Program-made: the position numbers and the translations under genes
The notes under the pieces: generated by a model
Told to the model about the DNA's origin: nothing
Database searches by the model: none
Seen by the model: only the letters and a program-made list of their open reading frames with translations
Shown: positions 8,649-17,266 of the stretch, piece after piece
Layout of the letters: every line of letters starts with the position of its first letter
How positions within the stretch are numbered: the stretch's first letter is position 1
Assembly: GCA_964588985.1 (NCBI GenBank)
Contig: CAZPQW010000001.1
Coordinates: 32,001 to 96,000 of the forward strand
Source of the DNA: an uncultured Solirubrobacteraceae bacterium
GTDB lineage: Bacteria > Actinomycetota > Thermoleophilia > Solirubrobacterales > Solirubrobacteraceae
DNA length: 64,000 nucleotides
Direction of reading: 5' to 3'

Positions 8649-10031
8649 TTACGCCGCCGCCGTGTAGGGCGGCGGAGGATCTGTTCCAGGCTTGGTGTTC
8701 GCCACTGCGGTGAGCTGATTGGGTGCGCGGAGATCGAGAGCGACTACCGAGTACTCGTTGCCGCCGTGGAGTAGGCGCAGGATGTCGGCCACGGCCACGG
8801 TGCTGGCGATCACGCCGACGAACGCCGCACCGACCGTGACGTCCGCGAACTCGAGCAGCCCGCAGCGCGCCGCGGACTCCTCCATACCACCCTCGATCTG
8901 GCGGGTTATCTCACTCTCATAGGCAGGCGCGAGGGCGGGGCGAGCCTGCGGGGTCTCCTTGAAGGCGGTCGCGGGGGATTCGACCGACGGGAAGGTATGC
9001 ACGAGCATGTCCAGGTACTCGTGCGGCCCGGCACCGAGGCCGGCGTCTACGACGCGATCGAAGCCCGCGCCCTCGAGCTGGCGACGTGGGGTGACGTCGT
9101 CGAACCCGGCCAGTGCGTTGCGCGGTTCGTTGCGCGTGGGTACTGCATGGGCCTGCGGGTGGAAGCTCTCATCAAAGGCTCGCTCAACGATCCTGGTCCC
9201 CAACCCGACCTGTTCGAGCGCGGCCGCGACGACGCGTGTCTTGCGCGAGCCTATGTCGCCGAGTCCTACGAGCAGCTGGGTGGCGATGTTGCCTTTGATG
9301 ACGGTGTCGAAGTCCAGCAGGCCGAGTTCGACCTCGCTGGGGTTGGCGTACGGCAGCATCCCGAGTGTCCACGCGTTGGCCTGCCCGAGGTGGCCGAGAC
9401 CCAGCAGCCATAGAGCCGCCGGAAGGTATTCGAGCGTAGGGCCGGGCGGTGCGGATCGCCAATCGTGATCGGTGCGCCAGAGCGAGATGCCAACCTCTCG
9501 CCGGCCGGGCACCGGGTTACCCAGCGACTGCTGGAAGATCTCCGAGACCCCGAGAGCGCCGGCCAAGATGCCGGCCGGGACGATCGCGGGGCCGCTCAGC
9601 CGGCGGTCCGGTGACTCTACGACCCCGCCGGTCCAGCCACCCCACGTGCAGTACAGGAGGGGCTGACCGACGGGGTCGCGCGGGTTGCCGATCACCATCG
9701 TCGGGAGGTCTGACTGGAGCTGGTCGACGACGGTGCCGCCGTAGCGGTTCACGACAGCCGTCGCCGCGAGCCCATCGGTCCAGCCGGTCTGAAGGGAGGG
9801 GTCGGTGTCGAGGAGGACGCGCACGCCGCCGTGGAACGCGCGTCGCCCGACGTTCACGACGGTGGCAAGAGCGGCCTGAGCGGCGCGATCGTGCTCGAGG
9901 TCCGGACCGACGGCGATCTGCAGGACGAGTTGGCTGAGAAACCGTCCAGCCTCGGCCGGGTCTTTGGCTTTGCCCGCGTCGATCAGGAGCTTGCCGGTGC
10001 GATGGAGGTCGTCGGCAGAGCCCCAGCTCAT
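8649..10031 (-). CDS. bilD: E1-like (ThiF/MoeB) ubiquitin-like activating enzyme
   Basis: GLGHLGQ nucleotide-binding loop, LLDFD, RKTRVVA, RCG candidate catalytic Cys; last gene of a Ubl-E2-JAB-E1 operon. Confidence 0.85.
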   Translation of the reverse strand: MSWGSADDLHRTGKLLIDAGKAKDPAEAGRFLSQLVLQIAVGPDLEHDRAAQAALATVVNVGRRAFHGGVRVLLDTDPSLQTGWTDGLAATAVVNRYGGTVVDQLQSDLPTMVIGNPRDPVGQPLLYCTWGGWTGGVVESPDRRLSGPAIVPAGILAGALGVSEIFQQSLGNPVPGRREVGISLWRTDHDWRSAPPGPTLEYLPAALWLLGLGHLGQANAWTLGMLPYANPSEVELGLLDFDTVIKGNIATQLLVGLGDIGSRKTRVVAAALEQVGLGTRIVERAFDESFHPQAHAVPTRNEPRNALAGFDDVTPRRQLEGAGFDRVVDAGLGAGPHEYLDMLVHTFPSVESPATAFKETPQARPALAPAYESEITRQIEGGMEESAARCGLLEFADVTVGAAFVGVIASTVAVADILRLLHGGNEYSVVALDLRAPNQLTAVANTKPGTDPPPPYTAAA

Positions 10032-10528
10032 GCCCTTCTCCCTATCAAGAGGTGTCGCTCGGCCTGCCTGCCAGTCCACGTTTCCCAGCCCTCGCCGTCG
10101 TAGCGGTGGACCCCTACGGTCCGCGGCTTGGTGGCTCGCATGGCGAGGTGGGGCACGATGAGGGCGACGTGCCCGGCTTGGGCGAGCATCGGGTTGGCGG
10201 CGTCGATCGGGCTCTGGCGGACGCCGCCGCCCGGATGGGTATGGACGTCCCCGATCACGCGGCGGTGCTCGGCGTCGCAGATGTCCCACAGTTTGCTGTA
10301 GGCAAGGCCGTCGAAGCTGATGCCGCCGGTCAGGCAGTTGGGGTCGAGGTCGTCGAGGTAGACGACCCGCGTCACGGTGGTCGGATCGCCGTGGCGGTCG
10401 GCGAGCAGGAAGGCGCCAGACTCACGTCGTCCCTGTCCGCGGCGCCCAAGCTCGGCGATCATCGCGTCCCACGCACTGCGGCGCATGCGCAGGAGCGCGT
10501 CGCGACGCCTATATGCCCAGATAGTCAT
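10028..10528 (-). CDS. bilC: JAB/MPN metallo-isopeptidase (deubiquitinase-like)
   Basis: ESGAFLL plus HTHPGGGVRQSPID (HxH-x7-S-xx-D JAMM motif). Confidence 0.9.
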   Translation of the reverse strand: MTIWAYRRRDALLRMRRSAWDAMIAELGRRGQGRRESGAFLLADRHGDPTTVTRVVYLDDLDPNCLTGGISFDGLAYSKLWDICDAEHRRVIGDVHTHPGGGVRQSPIDAANPMLAQAGHVALIVPHLAMRATKPRTVGVHRYDGEGWETWTGRQAERHLLIGRRA

Positions 10529-10970
10529 CGGCGTTCAGGATGTTGTGGACGTTGCTGAGCACGAAGCTGATGTCGCGCGTGGGGTTCCACGCATCGTGGG
10601 GGTGCTTCTGAGCCCAGTCGGCGTGCGAGCCCAGGGCGATGCGGTCCCACGGGGCGTACATTGCAACGCCGTCGCCCCAGTCGGTACGGAACACGTGAGC
10701 GGCGCGATCGCCCTTGGGCCGATACGCCGGCGCGAGCGAGCAGCCCGCATCGTTATCCCAGAGGCTGCCGGTCGGCGCCGAGTGGGGGTAGCCGGCAACG
10801 TCGAGTCGCAACACGAACCCCTCGGGGCTCTTCGAGCGCGGCGCGGCCGAGATCACGAACGTGGCGTGAGGCCAAGTGAGCTCAATCAGTCGCCAGCGCC
10901 CGGCCTGTACTCCGGCCTGGAAGCGCGCCCCCTCGAGGTGGGTTCGCAGTGTGCGCTCGTCCGGCGTCAT
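10509..10970 (-). CDS. bilB: Prokaryotic E2-like protein
   Basis: LRLDVAGYPHSAPTG (E2 YPxxxP motif) and position between the Ubl and JAB genes. Confidence 0.75.
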   Translation of the reverse strand: MTPDERTLRTHLEGARFQAGVQAGRWRLIELTWPHATFVISAAPRSKSPEGFVLRLDVAGYPHSAPTGSLWDNDAGCSLAPAYRPKGDRAAHVFRTDWGDGVAMYAPWDRIALGSHADWAQKHPHDAWNPTRDISFVLSNVHNILNADDYLGI

Positions 10971-11435
10971 TCAACCCTCGAAACGCGAGCGCGGCAGCAG
11001 GTCCAGCGTGACCGAGCACTCCCCTGGCTTAGTCAGCGCCCCGACGTGGACGCCGGGATCCAGGAAATGGTCGGCACCAGGAACGGCGAGGACATGCTTG
11101 GCGGCCTGCTCTTTGGAGAAATTCGCGACCTCGGGGCCAAAGGCCCATTTCTCGACCGTCTTGATCGTGCGCGACGGCCCGAAGCTGCGCTCGTGGGTGC
11201 CGTTCCAGCGGACGATGACCTCGACGTGGCGACAACGGCCGCGATGGACGTGGTGGCGGTGGTGGATCCCGGCGACGTCAAGCGTGAGATCGAGATCGAT
11301 CTCCTCGTCGACCTCCTCGATCCAGATCCCGCCGTCAGGGTCGTTCTCGACGAGGAGCGTGCGGACCGAGGCGGTCTCCTCGACCTCGATTATCTCTGGG
11401 TCCTCGGCCTCAGTTGTGTGCAGAAAAAGCTCCAT
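10971..11435 (-). CDS. bilA: ISG15-like tandem ubiquitin-like protein
   Basis: 154 aa (size of two beta-grasp domains), TLDVAGIHHRHHVH, C-terminal ...PRSRFEG ending in Gly; first gene of the operon. Confidence 0.8.
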   Translation of the reverse strand: MELFLHTTEAEDPEIIEVEETASVRTLLVENDPDGGIWIEEVDEEIDLDLTLDVAGIHHRHHVHRGRCRHVEVIVRWNGTHERSFGPSRTIKTVEKWAFGPEVANFSKEQAAKHVLAVPGADHFLDPGVHVGALTKPGECSVTLDLLPRSRFEG

Positions 11436-11495
11436 GGGACTCCTTGGCTAGAGCCGACGCCGAGGCGACGGCTACGATGAAGGGGAAACAAAACC

Positions 11496-11539
11496 TTTAC
11501 CCGGCGAGTGTATCAAAAGATCTTTACCCACGAGGTAAA
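11496..11539. promoter_or_regulatory. Putative operator in the AT-rich divergent promoter between bilA and the HigB-like gene
   Basis: TTTACC-N5-GGTAAA inverted repeat at 11523-11539 plus a TTTACC half-site at 11496-11501. Confidence 0.5.
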
Positions 11540-11559
11540 TGAAAAAGCATGGCACGAGT

Positions 11560-11874
11560 ATGGACTTGGGCTTCGACAGCGATGGCTTGGCGGCGTTGTG
11601 CAACGCTGAACGACTGATGGTCGAACGCTGGGGTCCAGAGATGGGGAGGACCATCGAGAAGCGGCTCCTCGACCTGGCGGCTGCCACAGCGGCGACGATC
11701 GAGCGCATCCCCACGGCCAGCACGACCCGCGGCCGGGACGGCCAGATGACGATCACGTTCAACGGAGCGATCGTGATCAGCGGTCAGCTCATGGCGTGCG
11801 CTGACGGGGCTCGCAAGGACACCGATCAGTTCGTGATCGCGACCGTGATCGTCGACGAGAATAGGCGCCCATGA
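11560..11874 (+). CDS. HigB/RelE-like toxin (degenerate)
   Basis: MDLGFDSDGLAALCN...RWGPEMGRTIEKRLLDLAAA; 4-nt overlap with the HigA-like gene. Confidence 0.65.
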   Translation: MDLGFDSDGLAALCNAERLMVERWGPEMGRTIEKRLLDLAAATAATIERIPTASTTRGRDGQMTITFNGAIVISGQLMACADGARKDTDQFVIATVIVDENRRP

Positions 11875-12947
11875 AGGATTCGAGTACACCAATCGCGTTC
11901 CGCCCGGACTACGCCATAGCGCCCGGGGAGACCCTGCGCGACGCGTTGGCAGAGCAGAGCCTCTCCCAAGCCGATCTCGCGGCACGTGCCAGCCTCTCCG
12001 CCAAGCACATCAACCAGATCCTGCAGGGCATCGCGCCGATCACTCTGGAGACCTCAATCGTGCTCGAGCGGGTCACCGGGATACCGGCGAGCTTCTGGAA
12101 CAGGCGTGAGGCCGACTACCGCGAGACGCTGCTACGCCAGAAACAGCGAACGCTCTCGGACGACGACAAGGAGTGGCTCAGTTCCCTTCCGATCAAGGAG
12201 CTGCAGAGCCGGGAGAAGATTCCCCGGGAGAAGGATCGAGGTCGGCTGTTTGAGGCTGTGCTGTCGTTCTTCGGCGTCGCTGATCGTCAGGCGTGGGAAC
12301 GCATCTGGCATGGACCGGTCGCGTCGTTCCGGCGTTCGCACGCATTTACCAGCCATCCGGGCGCGATCGCCTCGTGGCTGCGCATCGCACAGCTCGATGC
12401 CCAAAACGCAAAGGCCGAACCGTTCAACGCAAGCGCATTTCGAAGAGTCCTTCGAGAAATCCGCGCGCTTACCGCCGACGGTGATCCGAACCTGATCGTG
12501 GAGATGTGCGCGACCGTCGGCGTGGTGGTGGTCTTCGTACCCGAGGTCAAAGGTTGCCGTATCAGCGGAGCGGCCTGGTGGGCAACTCCAGCCCGCGCTG
12601 TGATCGCATTGAGCGACCGATACAAGAAGGACGACTTCTTCTGGTTCACCTTCTTTCATGAGGCCGCACACCTGCAGCTGCATTCCAAGAAGGAGACTTT
12701 CGTTGATGACGGCAAGGACAGCGACGTCACCGAGGATGAGGCAAACGGCTGGGCCCAGGACTTCCTGATCCCGCCAGAGCGAGCTCTAAAGCTGCGTACG
12801 CTGCGTACTGACGCGCACGTCGCGGCGTTCGCGCGCGAGATCGGTATCGCCCCCGGGATCGTCGTCGGGCGAATGCAGCACGACAAAATCTGGGACTACC
12901 GCCAAGGCCACCACCTCAAGCGCTCAATGTGCATCGTCGAGACCTAG
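11871..12947 (+). CDS. HigA-family HTH antitoxin fused to an ImmA/IrrE metallopeptidase
   Basis: PGETLRDAL...SQADLA HTH and FWFTFFHEAAH (HExxH), EDEANGWA. Confidence 0.9.
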   Translation: MKDSSTPIAFRPDYAIAPGETLRDALAEQSLSQADLAARASLSAKHINQILQGIAPITLETSIVLERVTGIPASFWNRREADYRETLLRQKQRTLSDDDKEWLSSLPIKELQSREKIPREKDRGRLFEAVLSFFGVADRQAWERIWHGPVASFRRSHAFTSHPGAIASWLRIAQLDAQNAKAEPFNASAFRRVLREIRALTADGDPNLIVEMCATVGVVVVFVPEVKGCRISGAAWWATPARAVIALSDRYKKDDFFWFTFFHEAAHLQLHSKKETFVDDGKDSDVTEDEANGWAQDFLIPPERALKLRTLRTDAHVAAFAREIGIAPGIVVGRMQHDKIWDYRQGHHLKRSMCIVET

Positions 12948-13104
12948 CACGCCTGCTCGTCGCACCGGATCAGCAACGCGGACCTAAGTCCCGTTGATTC
13001 TTGGCTATGGCGTCGCGGCTACGTCACCGCCAACACGCTACCTCCTGTCCCCATTTGGCCGCGCCGAGCGTGCTGAACTATGCGGTCGTTTGAGTAGCAC
13101 TCGT

Positions 13105-14376
13105 ATGGTGTCGGCAATGGCAGGCGCAAACGCCGCGTTCAGGACCGTCTTCGGCGAGGGTTTGACGCCGGACGCGATCGGCGCAGCGCTCGCGGACCCA
13201 GTTAGTGCTACTGAGCGCCTGATCGCCGCATGGCACCGCGAACGAGTGATGCCAAGCGCTCTTCCACCGCTCGCCGTCGGCGAGCTCCGGCCACTGCTCG
13301 GCCATGGCTTCAGCCCAAACTGGCGCTACGGGCTCAGCTGGGCGGAGTCCGAGCTCGACCGCTTGACGATCACGCTGACGTACGCACACCGCGCCGTGCT
13401 CATTGACCCGTTCAGCTACCTCGAGGACATCCTTCGGAGCGATGCGATGACCGCCAGTGTGCTGGCCGGCATCCTGCACATCGTGGCATTCGTCGAGCCG
13501 TTGACCGAAGCCTCGACCGTATTGATGGTCACTGAGCCTGAGCAGGTGACCCGGCTTGGCCGGACTGGGCCTTGGCCAGCTATGAGGCCCTCTGGCCTCG
13601 TGACCGACGTCCGGGCCAAGATCGTGCGTCGGATCGAGGATGCCTTGGGGGTGTTTGACAACCAGCCCAACGAAGCGAGGTGGTCGCGCGGCATTGAGGA
13701 CAACGCGGTCGGTCGCGACGCCACGATCCACCTCATAAGACAGACCAACGCGATGGCCGGCCGGGCGCACCTTCTGTTCGAGGAGACCCACGACTGGGAT
13801 TTTGGCTACGGCCAGAGCAGGACCTTCGAGCGCATGATGATGTACGCGCAGCTACGTGCGTTGGCGCGTGCTGCCGTTCGCCATCGCGGGGAGGTCGGCA
13901 AGGTCCTACTCCTGCTACGACGCCCCATCCCCGACATGGCTACGGTGACGCCCACCGATCTTCTCGCGCTCCGGAGCAGCGACGGGTTCGGGCAGGTCCG
14001 TCACCAGGTTGGAGATGCACTGGAGCGGTATGAGATCGGAGTACGGGCCGGTCGCGCGGATGTTGGCGACGGCCTCGCGGACGAGCTGCGCGCCAGCGCC
14101 GAGGCGCTCGACGCCGAAATCGCCGCCTCAAGCGCGTTGACCGCGATGCGGCGCGGTGTTGCTGCGCTGAGCATGACGGCCGCGGCGCAAGTCGCACTGG
14201 CTCTGACGGGCATTGGCGCCGCCACCCCCGTAGAGCTCGCCACCCCCGCCGCCGTCGGTGCTCTTGAGTATGTCCGCGCGCTTGTAGCGGCCAGTTATGA
14301 ACGCGACCGGAACCGGTCGCTCGAGGCGCACGCGACGACTGTGCGCGCGGTCGCCGAACGTATGGCGCTCCTCTGA
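13105..14376 (+). CDS. Hypothetical protein in the defence island
   Basis: Long ORF (~420 aa) with a hydrophobic Ala-rich C-terminal segment; no recognised motif; start uncertain. Confidence 0.6.
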   Translation: MVSAMAGANAAFRTVFGEGLTPDAIGAALADPVSATERLIAAWHRERVMPSALPPLAVGELRPLLGHGFSPNWRYGLSWAESELDRLTITLTYAHRAVLIDPFSYLEDILRSDAMTASVLAGILHIVAFVEPLTEASTVLMVTEPEQVTRLGRTGPWPAMRPSGLVTDVRAKIVRRIEDALGVFDNQPNEARWSRGIEDNAVGRDATIHLIRQTNAMAGRAHLLFEETHDWDFGYGQSRTFERMMMYAQLRALARAAVRHRGEVGKVLLLLRRPIPDMATVTPTDLLALRSSDGFGQVRHQVGDALERYEIGVRAGRADVGDGLADELRASAEALDAEIAASSALTAMRRGVAALSMTAAAQVALALTGIGAATPVELATPAAVGALEYVRALVAASYERDRNRSLEAHATTVRAVAERMALL

Positions 14377-14596
14377 TCCGCGAGCCCCGACGCGGGTGTG
14401 GCCGAGCCCGCCCATTCGGCGGTCCGGCTGACGCTCAAGCAACGGCGAGGTGAAACGTGCCGTGAGCGCAGGGGAACTTCGTGACGAGCCGTCGCCGAGA
14501 GAGGTACGCTCGCCGTCTAAGTGTGCGCTTGGATCCTGCTCTCTCAGGGGCCTCTGGCGGGCGCGCGACGGCACCGCGCTGTCACCGCAAACGCGG

Positions 14597-14692
14597 GCCA
14601 TCGCGGTGATCGCCACGAACACCGATGCGATTCCGTTCTATGAGCGGCGGGGCGCGGTGCCGTTCGTGACGCAGTTCGTCAAACGCGTCTGA
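14597..14692 (+). pseudogene. C-terminal remnant of a GNAT acetyltransferase
   Basis: AIAVIATNTDAIPFYERRG matches the GNAT V...N..A..FY...G motif; upstream sequence is unrelated. Confidence 0.6.
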
Positions 14693-14712
14693 GTCGACGC
14701 GCACAGTGGGCT

Positions 14713-15951
14713 CTAGCCCGGATGCCGCACCTCCGGCTTCCCAAAGACGATGCCCGTCGTCTTCATCAGAGTGCAGGTGCCGTGTGCCGGCGCGCAGTCC
14801 GCGGCGTTGCTGAACGCGCCATCGAAGCACGCGACGTAGCCCGGACGGCACTTGTTCTGTTCTTCCAACGGTGGCCCCGCTTTGGGTGCATCGGATATCC
14901 AGTAAGTGGTGGAGTGGTCCTCGGCGATCGCCGCGACGATCCCCGGGCCGCCGGTGGCGGCACGCCACCTGTGAGTCGTGGTCGAGTAGGACTCGAAGCT
15001 CGAGCGGATCTCCTCGGGGCCGCTCCCCATCGGGCCGCAGTCGCCTTCGATCGCCGTGTAGAGGACGTTTGCGTTGGCCACGCTCGGGGAGATGCCTTCG
15101 TAATAGCCGCACGTCCCGCTCACGAAGCGCTCCGCGATGATCTGGCTGGGCGCCGACTGCCGGGCGCCTCTCAGAGGATCCGCGCGGAGTTCTGGAAACG
15201 GCGATTCTCCGAACGTGGCGGTGCTGGTCGACCATTCGTAGCTCAGGACGCTCGCGTCGAGCGACATACCGTCGACCCACGCGGACGGTGGTTCGCCGTT
15301 GCGCCTTTCGCACCGCGACGTGCTCGACGGGCACGGGCCGCTGCCTCCCCCGACGCGGACCAGGCGATGACGGGCGCGCTGCCAGACGTAGATCCTTGCC
15401 ACGTGCGAGTGAGCAGCCATCCGCGCGAAGGCGATCTCCCCCTTCCAGATCGCCGGCGTCGAGTCCGACGCGCCACTCGCGCGAATGCCCCGCACGAGCC
15501 GAGGCGACCCGCCCGGTATCGCCAGTTCGTAGATCCGGCAGCCGCGCGCTCTCGCCCAATCTGGCTCTCGCAGGTACTCGCTGCCCGCCAGTTCCGACGA
15601 AGAGCTCGGAGGGTCTTGCGTGCACCGTGAGTAGACGACAGTCGGCCTGCCGCTCGGGCCAGGGCCCGCAGCGGCGTCGAACGGCATGCTCCGCGCGGGG
15701 ACGTTCAGGGGTGTGATCGTGCCTGCGTGCCAGACCATGAGACGCCAGCTGCTCGTGCTCGGTTCGTCTTGGCTGAACACCACGTAGCCGTCGTAGGCCG
15801 TGAGCCGTTGTGCGACGTTCGCGAGCGGTGCCAAAGCCAGAGAGCCGGCTCTGGCTGGGCTCGGGGTGGCGTTGGCGGCGCAGAGAGATGCGGCCAGCGC
15901 AGCCACCGCGATCAGCATGCCCTGTCGACGTGTTCTCGATATCCGGTCCAT
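14713..15951 (-). CDS. Secreted hypothetical protein (beta-propeller-like)
   Basis: Signal peptide (MLIAVAALAASLCAANA), SDSTPAIWKGEIAFAR PD40-like segment, paired Cys. Confidence 0.65.
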   Translation of the reverse strand: MDRISRTRRQGMLIAVAALAASLCAANATPSPARAGSLALAPLANVAQRLTAYDGYVVFSQDEPSTSSWRLMVWHAGTITPLNVPARSMPFDAAAGPGPSGRPTVVYSRCTQDPPSSSSELAGSEYLREPDWARARGCRIYELAIPGGSPRLVRGIRASGASDSTPAIWKGEIAFARMAAHSHVARIYVWQRARHRLVRVGGGSGPCPSSTSRCERRNGEPPSAWVDGMSLDASVLSYEWSTSTATFGESPFPELRADPLRGARQSAPSQIIAERFVSGTCGYYEGISPSVANANVLYTAIEGDCGPMGSGPEEIRSSFESYSTTTHRWRAATGGPGIVAAIAEDHSTTYWISDAPKAGPPLEEQNKCRPGYVACFDGAFSNAADCAPAHGTCTLMKTTGIVFGKPEVRHPG

Positions 15952-16222
15952 GTGGCCCCCCGATTCCATTTGTCGGTCTACTCGACCTTTCAACCCATCA
16001 TGACCCAGTTCGGCGCGGTCGAGTCCGGTCGCTCGCATTCGGGCAGGGTCCGAGACATTGCGCCGCCGCGTCATCGCTGTCCCACGCGGTCGAGATCAAG
16101 CACCATCTTCGAGCTATTGACTGTCTACGCGTAGTCGGCGTATGGTTGCCTGCGAGGGACTGCTTGGTGACGTCCGTTCAGGCGTGTCCGGCAGGAGAGG
16201 GATAACTAACTAAGGGGAATAA

Positions 16223-17185
16223 ATGTTGAAGGTCAGAGCGACGTTGGTCGTTGCGGTGGTCACTGCCGCGATGGCGAGTTTGGCGCCGGCAACGGCGAGC
16301 GCGAGCTACTCGGTGCCCTACGGCGGTACCGCGTTGGGGGATGCGATCTGGAACGAGGCGTGGGCGCCGGAATCGGTGACTGGCGCGAACAACAACTGCA
16401 AACCGACATCCGCGCACCCCTACCCGGTGGTGCTCGTTCACGCGACGCTCGCCGACGAGGGCTCGAACTGGGTGACGCTCGCGCCGCTGCTCGCGAACGA
16501 AGGCTACTGCGTGTACGCGTTCAACTACGGCGAAACCATAGCGTCGTTCCCGATCATCCCGTTCATCACGCCCGGTCGGGTCGACGGTCTCGACCACATC
16601 GAAAGGTCGGCCGAACAGCTCTCGTCGTTCGTCAACAAAGTGCTCTCCAAAACGGGCGCCTCGAAGGTCGACCTGGTGGGTCATTCCCAGGGTGGGATGA
16701 TGCCCAACTACTACATCAAGTTCCTCGGAGGCGCGGCCAAGGTGAACGTGCTGATCGGGCTCGCGCCGAGCAACCACGGTACGACTCTCAGCGGCGTGAC
16801 GAAGCTGCTCGAAGTGTTCCCGTTCGCGAGCGAATTCGCGACCGGTCTGCTCGAACTGCTCGGCGCGCCGTCGCTTCCGGAGCAGGAGGAAACCTCGGCT
16901 TTCATCAAAAAGCTGTTCGGCCCCGGTGACCCGGTAGTTGCGGGCGTGCGCTACACGGTGATCGAGACCACGCACGACGAGGTCGTCACCCCGTACGCCC
17001 ACGCGTTCCTCAGCGGGTCGAACGTGACCAACATCACCGTCCAGACCCAGTGCCCGAGCGATCCGGTGGCGCACGTCGGCATGTTCGACGACTCGCCGTC
17101 GCTGCAGAACGTTCTCAACCAGCTCAGCCAGAGCCCCAACCCGTCGTTCAAAGCGACGTGTAGCAACTACGGCCAGGGCATCTAG
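16223..17185 (+). CDS. Secreted lipase/esterase (lipase class 2, alpha/beta hydrolase)
   Basis: Signal peptide, PVVLVH, VDLVGHSQGG nucleophile elbow, DEVVTP, VAH. Confidence 0.92.
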   Translation: MLKVRATLVVAVVTAAMASLAPATASASYSVPYGGTALGDAIWNEAWAPESVTGANNNCKPTSAHPYPVVLVHATLADEGSNWVTLAPLLANEGYCVYAFNYGETIASFPIIPFITPGRVDGLDHIERSAEQLSSFVNKVLSKTGASKVDLVGHSQGGMMPNYYIKFLGGAAKVNVLIGLAPSNHGTTLSGVTKLLEVFPFASEFATGLLELLGAPSLPEQEETSAFIKKLFGPGDPVVAGVRYTVIETTHDEVVTPYAHAFLSGSNVTNITVQTQCPSDPVAHVGMFDDSPSLQNVLNQLSQSPNPSFKATCSNYGQGI

Positions 17186-17214
17186 CCAGCGGCCGTTCAA
17201 AGGAGCAGGCACGA

Positions 17215-17245
17215 GGCCCCGGCCCGCATCGAGCGGGTCGGGGCC
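17215..17245. terminator. Hairpin between convergent genes
   Basis: GGCCCCGGCCCGC-ATCGA-GCGGGTCGGGGCC, 13-bp stem with one G-U pair. Confidence 0.6.
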
Positions 17246-17266
17246 GCACGTGCGTGTGCAGTCCGA

